A stretch of DNA of 64,000 nt, from positions 372,001-436,000 of the forward strand of contig NMRA01000171.1 of the NCBI GenBank assembly GCA_002633005.1. Direction: 5' to 3'. The stretch's first letter is position 1. Each line of letters starts with the position of its first letter. Of the stretch, positions 1 to 12,800 are shown piece after piece. A program made the translations under genes and the position numbers. This DNA is from Phoronis australis (taxonomy: Eukaryota > Animalia > Phoronida). Under the pieces are notes generated by a model. It had not been told where the DNA came from. It did not search any database and was given only the letters and a program-made list of their open reading frames with translations.

Positions 1-140
1 TTGTAACAAATCTGAAGCTATTACGTCTCATTGTATTTACTAGGTTCAGTGTATTAGAGAGTACCTTTTCAATGTTGTTCTTGCCTCAGTAGAATAAAAC
101 CAAGTCAGGTTGTATCAGAGGAACTAGTGTTTTGATTTAG

Positions 141-185
141 ACCACTTATCAGCATAACTGTCAGTTTCACGAATTCCTTACAAAG
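141..185 (+). CDS. HYDIN: Candidate HYDIN cassette exon (45 nt, phase 2-2), xPLISITVSFTNSLQx
   Basis: ttttgatttag|ACCAC...CAAAG|gtaac; length is a multiple of 3 and it is open in the phase-2 frame required by exon 3844. Confidence 0.5.
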
Positions 186-317
186 GTAACAACTGATTGA
201 GGATCTGAGGTTTCTGTTTTTTGTCTTAAAAGAGTTTTTTTTTCAGTTCGCAAACTTAGCGTGTACCTTACAAATTTGTTGTGATGTTGATTTTTAGTAA
301 ATTTGTGTTTTGTTAAG

Positions 318-383
318 GCGTAAGATGGCTGACTCTAAGGAAAGGATGCTTACGGCCACACTGCTTCCATTATTAAGCACTAG
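318..383 (+). CDS. HYDIN: Candidate HYDIN cassette exon (66 nt, phase 2-2), xRKMADSKERMLTATLLPLLSTx
   Basis: ttgtgttttgttaag|GCGTAAG...CACTAG|gtaaag; open in phase-2 frame. Confidence 0.55.
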
Positions 384-637
384 GTAAAGTAGGAAAAATC
401 CATTATGCAAAATATCTGGCATATTTTATTTATTGTGTTACGCAGCAGGTGTATTTAATGTGAATGTTTGAATTTAGGGACACAAAATTGAGTGAGCATA
501 GAGTACTGTTGGTCTTAAACTATCATAGATGTTATCGTTATCATTATCTTACAGACTCAGTCTTGCATATTCCTTCTCCAGGTTGTTTGTGTGAAGTTGT
601 ATTTTATGTACACACGTTTTTATAGCCCTCATTATAG

Positions 638-694
638 AATAACTTCTCCACACAAGAACACCAAACATGCTGGGATTGGCTATATGGTTTCGAG
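638..694 (+). CDS. HYDIN: Candidate HYDIN cassette exon (57 nt, phase 2-2), xITSPHKNTKHAGIGYMVSx
   Basis: ctcattatag|AATAAC...TTCGAG|gtagga; open in phase-2 frame. Confidence 0.55.
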
Positions 695-880
695 GTAGGA
701 GGGTTTAGAGAAGTTCACCAAAATTATATGTAAAGTAAGAGTAAAGTGGCTACAAAACATTTCACATTCTTTTTCACTTTCTAACTATAGAACTTGTTCT
801 TCACTTTGGGGAGGAATGATTTGTTTGGTTGGGACGAACTGACAGTTGTTGTGTTTGAGACAATCGCTGCATAAAATGAG

Positions 881-1311
881 CCGCTATTATTGTCATGTCT
901 CATCTCTATCAATAATCAGCCATTATTGTACCTCATCTCTATCAATAACCAGCCATTATCATGCCTCATCTATCAATAACCAGCCATTATCATGCCTCAT
1001 CTCCATCAATAAGCAACCATTATGATGCCTGATCTCTATCAATAACCAGCCATTATCATGTCTGATCTCTATCAATAACCAGCCATTATCATGCATCATC
1101 TCTATCAATAACCAGCCATTATCATGTCTCATCTTTATCAATAATCAGCCATTATCATGCATCATCTCTATCAATAACCAACCATTATCATGTCTCATCT
1201 TTATAAATAACCAGCCATTATCATGTCTCATCTCTATCAATAACCAGCCATTATCATGCCTTATCTCTATCAATAACCATCCATTATCATGCCTCATCTC
1301 TATCAATAACT
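881..1311. repeat. 33-bp minisatellite, about 13 copies
   Basis: Unit CAGCCATTATCATGCCTCATCTCTATCAATAAC; explains the spurious RHDNGWLLIEM ORF. Confidence 0.95.
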
Positions 1312-1823
1312 AGCTGTCAGTTCTGCTCTAGACCAGTGATCATCTCTAATTTTTAGTAAGTTAGTTACAAGTTTTAACTTCAACTATTAAAAGACCACTT
1401 TCATGCCCTTAATCAAATTAAAGTTATTAGTTTGACATAAGGTGGGTTTGCAGGTGATTCAGCTAGGTGACTTTTTCATGAAATTTCCTTGTTACATTCT
1501 CGTTGCTTAGAAATGGAACTATTTTAATACATTGTTGTTAAAAGTGCCCTATTTTGTCTCTACTTTAGTCCTCCAGTATAATATACAAATCAGTTAGATC
1601 TTTTCTACTGGAATAGTTTTCATTGTGTTAAGGTTAGAACTAATAGGGGTCTGTTAGATTTAATAGTAGTCTGTTGTCATGTTTGATTGGTTTTGTCATT
1701 CGGCTTCATTAGTTTCTGCTCACCTTTCATGTACTCTTTATGAAATGATGCTTATCGTCATTATTGGAATTAGTACCATTTATCAGATTCGTTTCGTATT
1801 CATTGTCTTGGAAACTTTTGTAG

Positions 1824-1898
1824 TACATCTATTCAGATTACTAGGCCTTCACCCATTGGACAGATAAAATCACCAACTTTTGGTCAGATTTCACCTAG
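1824..1898 (+). CDS. HYDIN: Candidate HYDIN cassette exon (75 nt, phase 2-2), xTSIQITRPSPIGQIKSPTFGQISPx
   Basis: aaacttttgtag|TACATC...CCTAG|gtaggg; open, Ser-Pro rich. Confidence 0.6.
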
Positions 1899-2296
1899 GT
1901 AGGGCTAAGTAAATTCAAGTTTGTATTTTTTATTTATTTGTTGGGACAGCCTGCTTATCCAAAATGTTTTTTTGCGAAAATTAGTTTAAGTGCAGAAAGA
2001 GTTTGTATTATTTGTAGGTTGTTTTTGCATTTGCTCTTTGTTTACTCGTCAAACTTTTAGATCAGCACAGCATGTCTAATAATTAATTAAATGTATCTTT
2101 TGGGAAATGACTTTAATACTAGATAACCTGCCATGATAATAGTTGTAGGAAGTTATTTTCTTTTGATAACGGTCTGTCTATAGTTTGCTTCATAATGCCA
2201 AATGAACTAGGACCAGTGATTGACACACCTTGTATGCATATTGCCTAGACATAGTACACTTCATTAACATTTTATATTACATTCTTTTGCATGTAG

Positions 2297-2353
2297 TCAG
2301 TCTGACAAGTTGTCTACTATAAGGAGCACCAATGATAGTTCTATAAGTATTAG
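2297..2353 (+). CDS. HYDIN: Candidate HYDIN cassette exon (57 nt, phase 2-2), xQSDKLSTIRSTNDSSISIx
   Basis: cttttgcatgtag|TCAGTC...TATTAG|gtaggc; open in phase-2 frame. Confidence 0.55.
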
Positions 2354-3218
2354 GTAGGCAGTTAGGTTCAGAAGGTATGTTTTCATTAGGATACTAAACG
2401 ACAACATGAAGGAGGCAGTGATTTGCATAAAGCCTCCGATACTTTCATCATAGTTACCTTTTTATACATTGCTAATGAGAAAATGACCTAGGGGCTGTCA
2501 TACAATGATTTTAGTTACAGTGCAAGACAAAAAGTCAGGCAAAATACCGTTTTCTTTCATGACGGCTAGTTCTGTTAACAGCAAAATGACTGGTAATAAC
2601 CATTAGGATGGTAAAATTTTAATTACAATAACCACCTTACTAACTTAACAGCTAATTCGTTCATTCTCGGTTGTGAGGGACGACTACTCTGACCATGAAT
2701 GATGCTTCCACCCAGCCGTCGTGGCAGGGAATATCCGCACCATATACTTGTGGCCTGTACTGTATTATTTTGTTTATCTGCAGTGATGAACAGCATTATA
2801 AAGGTTTTGGAAGGCAAAACATGGGTTGATCTTGCAATATCGTAGGAGAATACTTCGACTGTCAATAGACAAAACATCCTATACGACTGTTGTGCGATGC
2901 TTAATCGTGGTATGACAGTTGTCTGCTGCGTGACTATCGTACACCTATCCTACAACACGTGAATGATTCGCTACTGTCTCCATGGCTTTAGACATCATCT
3001 ACATGTGCTGGGCTTTAGTTGGACTGTTGAAATTTTAAATTCAAAATAGTTTTTATTTATAATTTATTTTTTATTATAATTGTCCTTTTCAACATATTAT
3101 GATTCAAGAATTAGCTGTTGATGCACCCTTTCACAAAATTTCCCAATTGTGTGGTGATCAGTTGAGAGATGAACTGATTCATGTAAAATATAGGACATTA
3201 TTGGTTCATTTTGTACAG

Positions 3219-3278
3219 TGGTGATAAAGTTTGCCGTATGCCAGTGAAATCTGCTCAAGTTAGGCCTAAACGTGTGAG
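3219..3278 (+). CDS. HYDIN: Candidate HYDIN cassette exon (60 nt, phase 2-2), xGDKVCRMPVKSAQVRPKRVx
   Basis: cattttgtacag|TGGTGA...TGTGAG|gtaggg; open in phase-2 frame. Confidence 0.6.
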
Positions 3279-3843
3279 GTAGGGTTTGAGCATAGGAATA
3301 GTAACTGTCTGACCTCAAGCCAATTCATGTATATTGCAAGCCAGTAAAAGTCTTACTGTATCAGTTCATGTTAGGCTTTTTTAAGGTTTAGAATAATAAT
3401 GTGTTTTGTATAATAATGATTAACGCTATTGCTGATGTGTGGTTCAGTTTGGTTTGGTGTAATTTTTAAATCCAGTCATAATAATATGTGAGTCTGCAGT
3501 GAACATGCATTGTGTTTGTGGTTGTAGCTAATCCTATGTTTGTTATAGTTGAAGGATTTATAATTGTTGCTTTGTGTGAGAAGAGCTGAAAATGGGCACA
3601 CTCTGTGGTCCTTTTGGGATGGTTGTTATATCCTTGACCAAATTATCATTTACAACCAAAGTGTATGCAAGACTGATAGTCTAAACTTAGTAAAAGAAAT
3701 TTTTGTATTCTAAAAGCATGCTTTGCTTAATGGGTATATAATGCTGGTAGTGTGATGTGTATTTTTCCCAATTGTTGGAAGACGATGATTCATCTTTAGT
3801 TCTCTGCAGCTGACACTGTATAACCTCCTCTAATTCCTTGCAG

Positions 3844-6800
3844 GCAAGACATGGCACCAACAGGTGGCGGTGCAGGTCAGTCTCGCCTGGTCCTCGGCAT
3901 GTTCACCATTTTCCCTGCATTTGGGATTATCTTACGAGATGGGCACCAGACAATCACTGTGGACTGTGTGGCTGAGCAAGTCGGCCGTTGTGAAGAGGTG
4001 ACTATCTGCTGTTACTGGTCGAGGATATTAGGAAATACGACTTGTTGTCTGTAGATAAGTACAAGAACTGTAAGAGCCAACCACGAGTATTATCATGATT
4101 GCTGATCTAAGTTCCTTCTCCCTCTTGAGTTTAATCCGCAACATGAGGTGCATCGATAAAACAACAATCCCATGAGCTTCAATACTAAATAATCTGCATT
4201 GAAGTTTATTTTGGTTAGGATTAGCAAAATTGTTGCGAAGTAGCACTGCGATTTTAAACTTTGATGTTCATGAAATTCAATCAGCGTGTTCTGAATGAGG
4301 AGAGTATGCAACTTACATTGATTTTCAAATTGATGTGACTGCCATAATATGAAAAATGAGCAACCCTGATGTATTAGTTGCAATGCACGTGACAGGTGCA
4401 TATTTACACTTTTGCTCGTTTTATTTGTGAAAATGAAAGTGTCTTCATCAGAAGGGTGACTTAAAACTTACTTACAGACAACCATGTGTAGTTTGCCATG
4501 TTTTCGAGACTATTCTTCCTGTTACATCAATTCAAATGAAAACTTTTTGTATGAAAGTCAGGTTTTGCAATATGTATGGTCATTCGTAACATTTTGTATA
4601 ATATCGCTCAATATTGTTTATAAAGAGTGTTCTACAGAGACTGGGTGAGCTTATAACTCTCAGTAAACCCCATACACCACATGCTGGATGATATCCCTGT
4701 ATTCCATGCAAGAATGCTGAATGATGTCTTCCAACTACCTCGTCGCCATCTAGTGACTGTAAGCGTATTTCATCATGTCACTGCTATATCAGAAAATGGC
4801 TATTGTCACGGGATTTATTTTTTATTCAGGAAATTGCCATAGAGATCACAGAGCGTGACCCCAGCGACAACCCTGGTGGTATTCCATACAAGTTATTGGC
4901 CGAGGCTTGCGTGCCCTCCATCAATGTGACTGACCTGGGCTCCATCTTTGAGGAGCACAGAGTGTGCAAGAACCTCAGTATATGGCAGAATGCACATCAG
5001 GTATAGGCTGTGTAGACAATCTCTTGGAAGACAGCCGAGGGACGTCTCACCAGTTCTGGGCCTTTTATACAGTACCTACTGAAATTTGTGCTACCTTCTC
5101 ACCACAGCAATTTTTAGGAGAATTTTAATTCACTTAAAAGTGACAGGCATATAAACTGGATGCCTTTTTGAAGGAAGCAATAATTAAACTTGTAATTCTT
5201 GGATTCCTTTGAATGGTTAATGCAAATCAGTGATAATTTATCACCAATTGATTGCTTAATGCAAATCAGTGAACATGATACCAAGATGATAATATCATGT
5301 CGTGTGTGTATTGAAAGTTTTCCAGGAATAAAACATTCATTTGGCCGAACTACTTTAATTAGGGTACTCTGATTTTTTGTGATTTTTAATCGCCTCCTAA
5401 AAACATGTATTTTACCTGACACAGTCTATCTAACAACTCCTAACTGACCTTTTAGTGAATTAGCATGAAGATAAATACTAAGTTTGTTGAATAGTTATTT
5501 TTTACATGTATTGTATTGTTCAGTTGTTATTCTGAACTTGACAGTTCAAACCAAAGTCTTATCAAATGCAAATTCCTGCATTTTCAGATGGAGAGTGGAG
5601 GCGTGTTTGGGGAGGATGACAACAGATTTGTCTTCAACAACGTCATCGTTGGCCGGCGTGCCAAAGCTCGCTTCAAGATTAGCAACACCAACAAAGTGCC
5701 CTGTGACGTTGCGTTCTCTGTGAAGCCAGTCAACTCGAAGACATTCCCTCGCACCAGTCAGGATGTGTTTGAGATTGATCCAAGCCGTACTCAGATACCA
5801 GCGCACAGTCATATGTACGCTACGGTCACATTCACTCCACCATCAATGCAGGTAGGATGAGAAGAATGGGTATATCCAAGATCACTGTGTAATGCATACC
5901 TTTATATGGAGACTAGTTACAAAGTGAAGATGTGTCTCCAATAGGCTTACAGTGATTGATATGTGTTGATGACCTTATTGTTGTGTTCTCCCTCCATCAT
6001 AAAGCAGTAAGTTTCTTCAAAATTTGCAAGTTAGTATTTTTTGGAACCTTTTGTCAATAATAATTGATGTGTGAGAAGGAGATTAATAATTAACGTGATT
6101 ATGCTGGTTTGAATGTTGATTGGTTTTACGTGCAGTATCCTGTCAGTGTTGTTTTGCAATGTAAAATAACTTGAATCTATCTGTTAGTTCATGTTTACAA
6201 CTTTTTTGTTTCAACACTTTCTCCTTTCACATTTTACAGTCGTATAGCTGTATATTTGAGGCTGCTCTTGAAGGAATACCATCAAGTCAGCAGAGGGGTC
6301 GTAACCTCTCTTTTGAAATATCTGGAGAAGGCAACTTGCCACGTATCACTATTGCTAAGCCTACCGTGCGCAATAAGAAGGGACAACCCCTGGTTTTGTT
6401 CTCGAAGAATCTGGTTGGTCGTTCCGAAGTACTGCCACTTGTTCTGTCCAATGATGGTACTCTGCCTAGCAAGGTAATTTACTGTCAAATTTTTTACTGG
6501 TTACAGGAGTTTGATGTCCTTTTGACAGTTTTCTGGTAAAATTTTCTGGAACTGTTGAGCAAAAAAATGACTTTTGCTCATTCTAGCTTCCTCGGAATCC
6601 TCTCATAAGTTCGTGCTTAGACAACTGTTGCATTGTGTGCCTCTATACAAACCCGTGTCTGTCATTCTGAACTTATGAGAGTAGTCTGAGGAAGTTAGAA
6701 TGGGCAGACACTTGTCTTTTGTTTAACATCACTTGCATTAAAGACAAATTTGCTGCCAGCATACACAAAATATTTTCTTAAGCAAAAGAATATTTTTGCA

Positions 6801-9800
6801 CTGAGTGAAGTTGATTAAGTAATTGTATTAGACTAAGTGTTCATAACGTTTGCTATTACAGGTGGACATTGACATTGTTGACCCGGATGGTGTGTTCACT
6901 CTCAAGTCCAATGGAGACACTAATGCAGTCATGGGTGACTACGACTATGAAATGAATGGTATGAGTAAACCACAAAATTATCTGAGCCACAGTAATACAT
7001 GGTCACTAACACTAGTGATAAAATCTTGTGAAAAAAGAAAAATAAAGATCACAAATGCTATAAAAGGTCTCTTGTTTATCACATTACAGGCATTTGCTAG
7101 CATGGATTTGTTGAAGTTTTTGTTTGATGAATGGTTCCCTGTGATTTATTAGAAGTTTAGTTTCTCTTACTTCTGGTTACTGCATGTCCTACACCATACG
7201 TCTGTGTACTTGCAGAGCCAACCAGGAAGCCACATACTGCCTCAGTAGTGGTGCCTGTGGGTGAGACCGCCAAGTTCCATGTGGTCTACTGTCCTAATGA
7301 CACAGTGCGGTCAGCAGCACATATCCGAGTAACAGTGGTGGACAACCAGTATGAGGACACGGTGATTCAGCTTGTGGGCGAGGGCTACAAGGATGACATC
7401 ACACTGCATAATATACACAGTATCCTCACTAAAGTTGACCCAGAGTTGGAGGAGGGCAATATGGCTGATGAGGATGTACAAGGTATGGACTGACCTCTGG
7501 TGGTGGATGAAGGATTGAGGGTGTAAGAAAGATCACTAGTTATTGATAAGAACACGGTGTGGTGGTCGATTGCTCATAGGTTTGGGGACTGCTCATTGAA
7601 GGGGGTTTGGGGACTGCTCATTGAAGGGGGTTGGGGAGTGAACACATCAAGTTATTGATGAGGAACATGTTGTAGTATTGACAATTAGAATGATCGGTGT
7701 TGGTGGAGGACAGTCTTGAGAAATAGTCAGTGATGTCGTGGAGAGGGGTCAAGACTATCCTGTGAAATGGTTGTTTTCAGCCTTAGTGACAGTTAAGAAC
7801 TCCACAGCTGCAGGCAGTAAAACTAAAAATCACATTCAGAAATAATCTCTGGGTTCAGTTTTAGTTTATAGTCTATAAAATGAGGGAATGCCATTTCATC
7901 TATTATTGGCTGCTTGGCTATATGGATGCCAAAGGTATTCTAGCCAAAACATTACTTTTTCCATTTAATGATTGCATTAGATTATTATGTTGAATATGTT
8001 GAAGGTATTTTTTTTTAAATCTTGTTTGCATTCATTATTTTCTTTTTGATGGTTTATTGTTGTTAACTTGCAAGTTATGTTTTAATTTATTCATTTTTAT
8101 TAGAGTTATTTCCAGTATATTTTATTTGAGAACTTAAAACTTGCTACCAAACATTGTATGCAATTTTTTCAAATTTTGAATTGCCTCAATCACTTGAAAT
8201 GTGGCATCCACACTGGGATAACTGGTAGTTCTTTGAACTTGCATGCTTGTACCGTGTTGTGCAAATATGCATGCACTAGTTCAGTCTGCTAGAGACAACA
8301 TTAAGCTTCTTGTTTATCTGATTCTTGCATTTGTTTTACCAAATGCGGTATTTTTTAATAATTTTTCTGGCCGTGCAAATGCAAAAAATGATCTGAATTG
8401 ACCTACTTATAACTGCATGCAGTTGACTGTTGCCGGGGAAAGTGGACATACAGTGTAGACGATATAGTGTTGCATGTATTTATTGGTATGATTGCAATCG
8501 TCCAGGGAACAAGTGATTTTGTAACCAACATTGCATCTAGCCACATTGTCAGCTAATAAAAGCTTTTTTTTCATTGTTTGACTTAATGGACGATATTAAG
8601 TGTATCATGCATTTTTACAACTTTTGTACCATGCCAAACTGGACCAATTAAAGAACCACATGATAATGAATGTTTTCCTGATGAATTTCAGCTGCCAAAA
8701 GCAACCTGATTCGTTTCGGCGACTGTTTCATTCGCGAAGGGCGCACCCTCAGTTTCACCATCACCAACCACTCAGATCAGGACTGTGTGCGTTTCACGTG
8801 GCCTGAACACACGGAATTGAAGTTCTCGCCTCAAGTCGGCCATCTTCATGCCGGGGTCAGTAAGGATATGACTGTCACATTCATAGCTGAGGAACCAAAG
8901 ACGTACAACGAGGAGTTGATCTCATGCAAGATCACCAAGATCACGTTCGATAAACCAGCCAATGAGATAACAGACTGGGATGATAGGATGCGTACAGTGA
9001 AGTGGGTTGATTATGCGCCAGCAGTTTCTGGATCTTCAGAATCGTAAGATTATTTCACTATCTCTGTCTGTTATAGGTTATATGCTGCTAATTCTGTTGC
9101 ATGAAACAATATTGGTTTGCAGTAGACATGCATCGGTGAAGAGAGAGCAATATAGAGTTGCCAAAATCTTTTGAGTATGAGAAGACACGGTCGGAGATCA
9201 TGGCTGCATTTTGACTTGTCTCTTCTCATCGCAAACTGCGTTGTAGTTATGATCATTACCCAAATCAAGTTAAAATCAACTTAACTGTGATTTCATACCA
9301 TTGCATTGCCATGTTTTATGAAGAGCATACTAAATAATTGCCCAACCTTCTATAACCTCTCTCATGTCTGCAGTAGCAATCAGTTGCCTACCACACCCAG
9401 GCCTGGTAAGAGGAAGGTGACAGAGACGGAGCCAGAACCACCGTGTACGGAGGTACCAGAGAGCACTCGCACTGTGGACCTACTGTTCTCAGCCAACGCT
9501 GACTACTGCAAGTACAAGTGTAAGACTGATACAGTCAGGTTTAAAGACACACTCATGTTCCAGACCAGAGTTTATGAGTAAGTTGTGTTATTAAATAAAT
9601 GTTAAAAGATGAGCAACCCATATGTTTTGTCATTTGCAATGCATATGCTGGGCACATAATTATGTGTTTAACGTTCCATATTTTTAACTGTATCCAATGT
9701 CCTCCATGTCTTTTGTGCCAGTGGTAACTCAGCAATTGAAAACGCTGTTTAGATTTGACCACCTAACACCTATTTTGTATCCTGAGGCAGGAAGTTTTGT

Positions 9801-12800
9801 GAAATGGTCTGTTTTTATTTTCTGTCATTCAGTCTCCTCTACTTGGCTCTACCCGCAGGTTCCAAATGTCCAACAAGGGTAACATTCAACTGGACTACAA
9901 CTGGCAGGTGGTGATGGAGAACACTTCACCTATGGGACGCTCTGTCACTTTTGCAAACACAGACACTGCTCGACCAGACTCACGGGCCGAGTCCATCATA
10001 TCGGCAACTGTCGCCCTGGAGAATGGATATATACCCTTTGCCATTGAGCCGGAAGTTGGGTCAATTTTGCCTGGCAAAAAAGCATCTTTCACAGTCAAAT
10101 TTTCTCCACTTGATGTTCACGACTTTGAGGCAAGATTATTGTGCACGTAAGTGATCCTTTCAATTGTTGAGTCTTAATTTCATTTGATTTTACTATTATC
10201 AGTCTTTTGCAGAAGGGTCTCTTCACTTTGAATAACCTCGCAACAAATAAATACCTTCATTGTTTCGGGCATTATGGCTGTAAAAATTAATTTGAAAATA
10301 CTTGTTTGACTGGTCAACTGTAAATCTAATGAAAATGACGCTAACCTTTAGCTCACTTAATCCATCAGTGGATCACAAGATTCTAATAGTTAGAATGTGG
10401 ATATTACGGGAAACGAATAAGATATTCATGCCATATGACTATGTATCGCATGATTCAATAGCTGTTGTTTTGTGAACCTTTAACAGTATTGCCAACTTGG
10501 AGGAGGACAAGCAAGGACCAGTGGTTGGCCTTCGTGCACGTAGTCTTTTGCCATATTGTCACTTTGAACTGGAGGACTCTGACTACATCAGTAATGCACG
10601 GCGTAACCCTGAGCTGAGAGGACCTAAGGGGGCACCTCCAGGCACAACCCTTGACCCCAACACTCGTGTGATAGAGTTTGAATCCATTGGTGTTAGCAAC
10701 AGGAATGTGAGGTAGGTACAGTATTACTGACAAAAAGTTAGTTAAGGAGCAGATATAGAATCACTGGTTGGGGATTGTGTTGCTCAAGTTATTTGGTAAC
10801 AGCTGTGAGAATTAACCATTTTACGAATAGTGAAGATTGATCCATGTGCTTCCCAGGGCATAGATTTATGGGATACTCCTGTAATCCAGAATCGAGAAAG
10901 TTTTTGCCCAGATGACCACCTGCTCAGTAAACTGACAATTGGTTTGTGTAGATACTAGCTGTTTATGTTGTATCTATGATACAGAAATGGTAAGCTGACT
11001 ATTGATTTTGTGTAGATACTAGCTGTTTATGTTGTATCTATGATACAGAAATGTTTGAAAAAGTGTGAACACATCTGCAGCTTAAATTCCTACTTGAAAT
11101 TTCTTTTTGACATAAGCCCCAAACTATTATTATTAATATGTTATAAATAATAAATCTATTTGTTATAAAGATATCACTCTTTGTTTGTCAATTTGTTGCT
11201 AGTGCCACCACCCTTTCTATTCTTAGTTTGAAAAGTTATGAAGTAGATTTTATCATAATGATTGTAAAGACTTTCTGTCATGTATCGTTCCAAAGAATAG
11301 CCTGGTTTTGATATGTGTGCTTTTACTATATTTTTGTATTTGCTATAATATTTATTTTAATATTTCACCAAATGTTTTCCTACTTGTAGGACGTTCACCA
11401 TCATCAACCCAACTAATCAAGAGTACAACTTCCAGTGGGTTAACGAGGACGATCCTGACCCTAAGCTTATCCAGGTGTTCAACTGTCTGACCACTAGTGG
11501 ACTGGTCAAACCGGGCAAGAAACACGAGATCACATTCGACTACACGCCGCGTATGCTCGGCGTTCAAGAGTCGTTCTGGAGGTTCATCATCCCCCAGCAG
11601 AATATCTCCATCCCCTTCCTGCTGGCTGGAAATGCCAAGGAACCGGCCATATCCATGGACAGGTCTCATCTCAACTACAAAGCACTTCTTATTGGTGAGT
11701 GGTGGGTTAAGTTAACTTGTTCTCCGGTACATCCTTCATTTATGTCTTGAGCATTTGATCACTTGCACATTAAGGCATTTTTTAAAATATATTTGTGTTG
11801 TCTTTTTTCTTTTGTTTGTGTTGTAGGTAATTGAAGGGGCATTTCCATTTGCCTCGCTATGCAATGTACTCAATTTAACCAGACAAAATGTGTCTCAACA
11901 GAACAGTCCTTTTGCAATTTTGAGTAAACAGATTAAAAATGCTGTAAGGTTCGACAGTGTTAACCAACCCTACCAAAACTGAGTCGCTTTGTTGGTGGAA
12001 TCTCCATTCCTTTGTCTGATTGAACCCATTTGCTATTGTGGCAAGAAAATTTTTAGATGTGTTAGTCAATCTCATGGTGTCTATGTTTAGGCCATTAGTA
12101 GTAATGGATGCTCATTCAAGTGTCACTTCTGTATTGTCCAGGTCACGAAGCCATGGAGACTGTTTACATCATCAACGATGAAAGCCGCTCATTCCAGTTT
12201 GCCTTCACTGAGGAATCGTGTCACTCACCTGGCTATCTATCCCACCTGAGAGTGGAGCCTATGACTGGTACACTGGAACCAAAGTCGAGGCAAGTGACTC
12301 ACCAATACTTGTTTGATACCAATACCCAATGCTATCACTTAACCAAGCTTACAAACTCTGAATGTGTTTGGTGTTTTAACTGATAGATGTTTTAACTAAT
12401 TTTAGTTATGATTTGATTAGAATGTAATCTCAGTATGAGGCTGTGTAAAAATGACATTTAATTATATACAAATAGTTGCCTGGTTACACATTGGTTCGCA
12501 ACTACATCTCACGATCTTGCAAAATTGTCCTCAAAATTCAAGGGAAAGAAGTCACTGCCAACAGACTTGCTTTGGTTTCAATGCTTGATCTATGCCATTA
12601 CTGACAGAGGTCACATGCAATCACGGTGCCTGTGTAACCGTTCTCTTTGTGTTTTCTCACTTTAGGATGCCTATAAACCTGTTTTTCACGCCAAACACAG
12701 ACAAAGAGGTCAACTTCAACTTGATCTGCAATGTGAAGCGCCGTACTAATCCCATTACTCTGAATGTGAAGGCAGAAGGCTACAGCATGAACTGCATGGT

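Noticed and set aside
959-1141. Repetitive ORF (RHDNGWLLIEM)n
   Set aside because: Translation of a 33-bp intronic minisatellite on the strand opposite HYDIN; no splice or start context
1332-1355. 24-nt candidate HYDIN mini-exon with gtaagt donor
   Set aside because: Ends in TA, giving a stop when joined to A- or G-starting exons including 3844; not counted in the array, though a poison exon cannot be excluded
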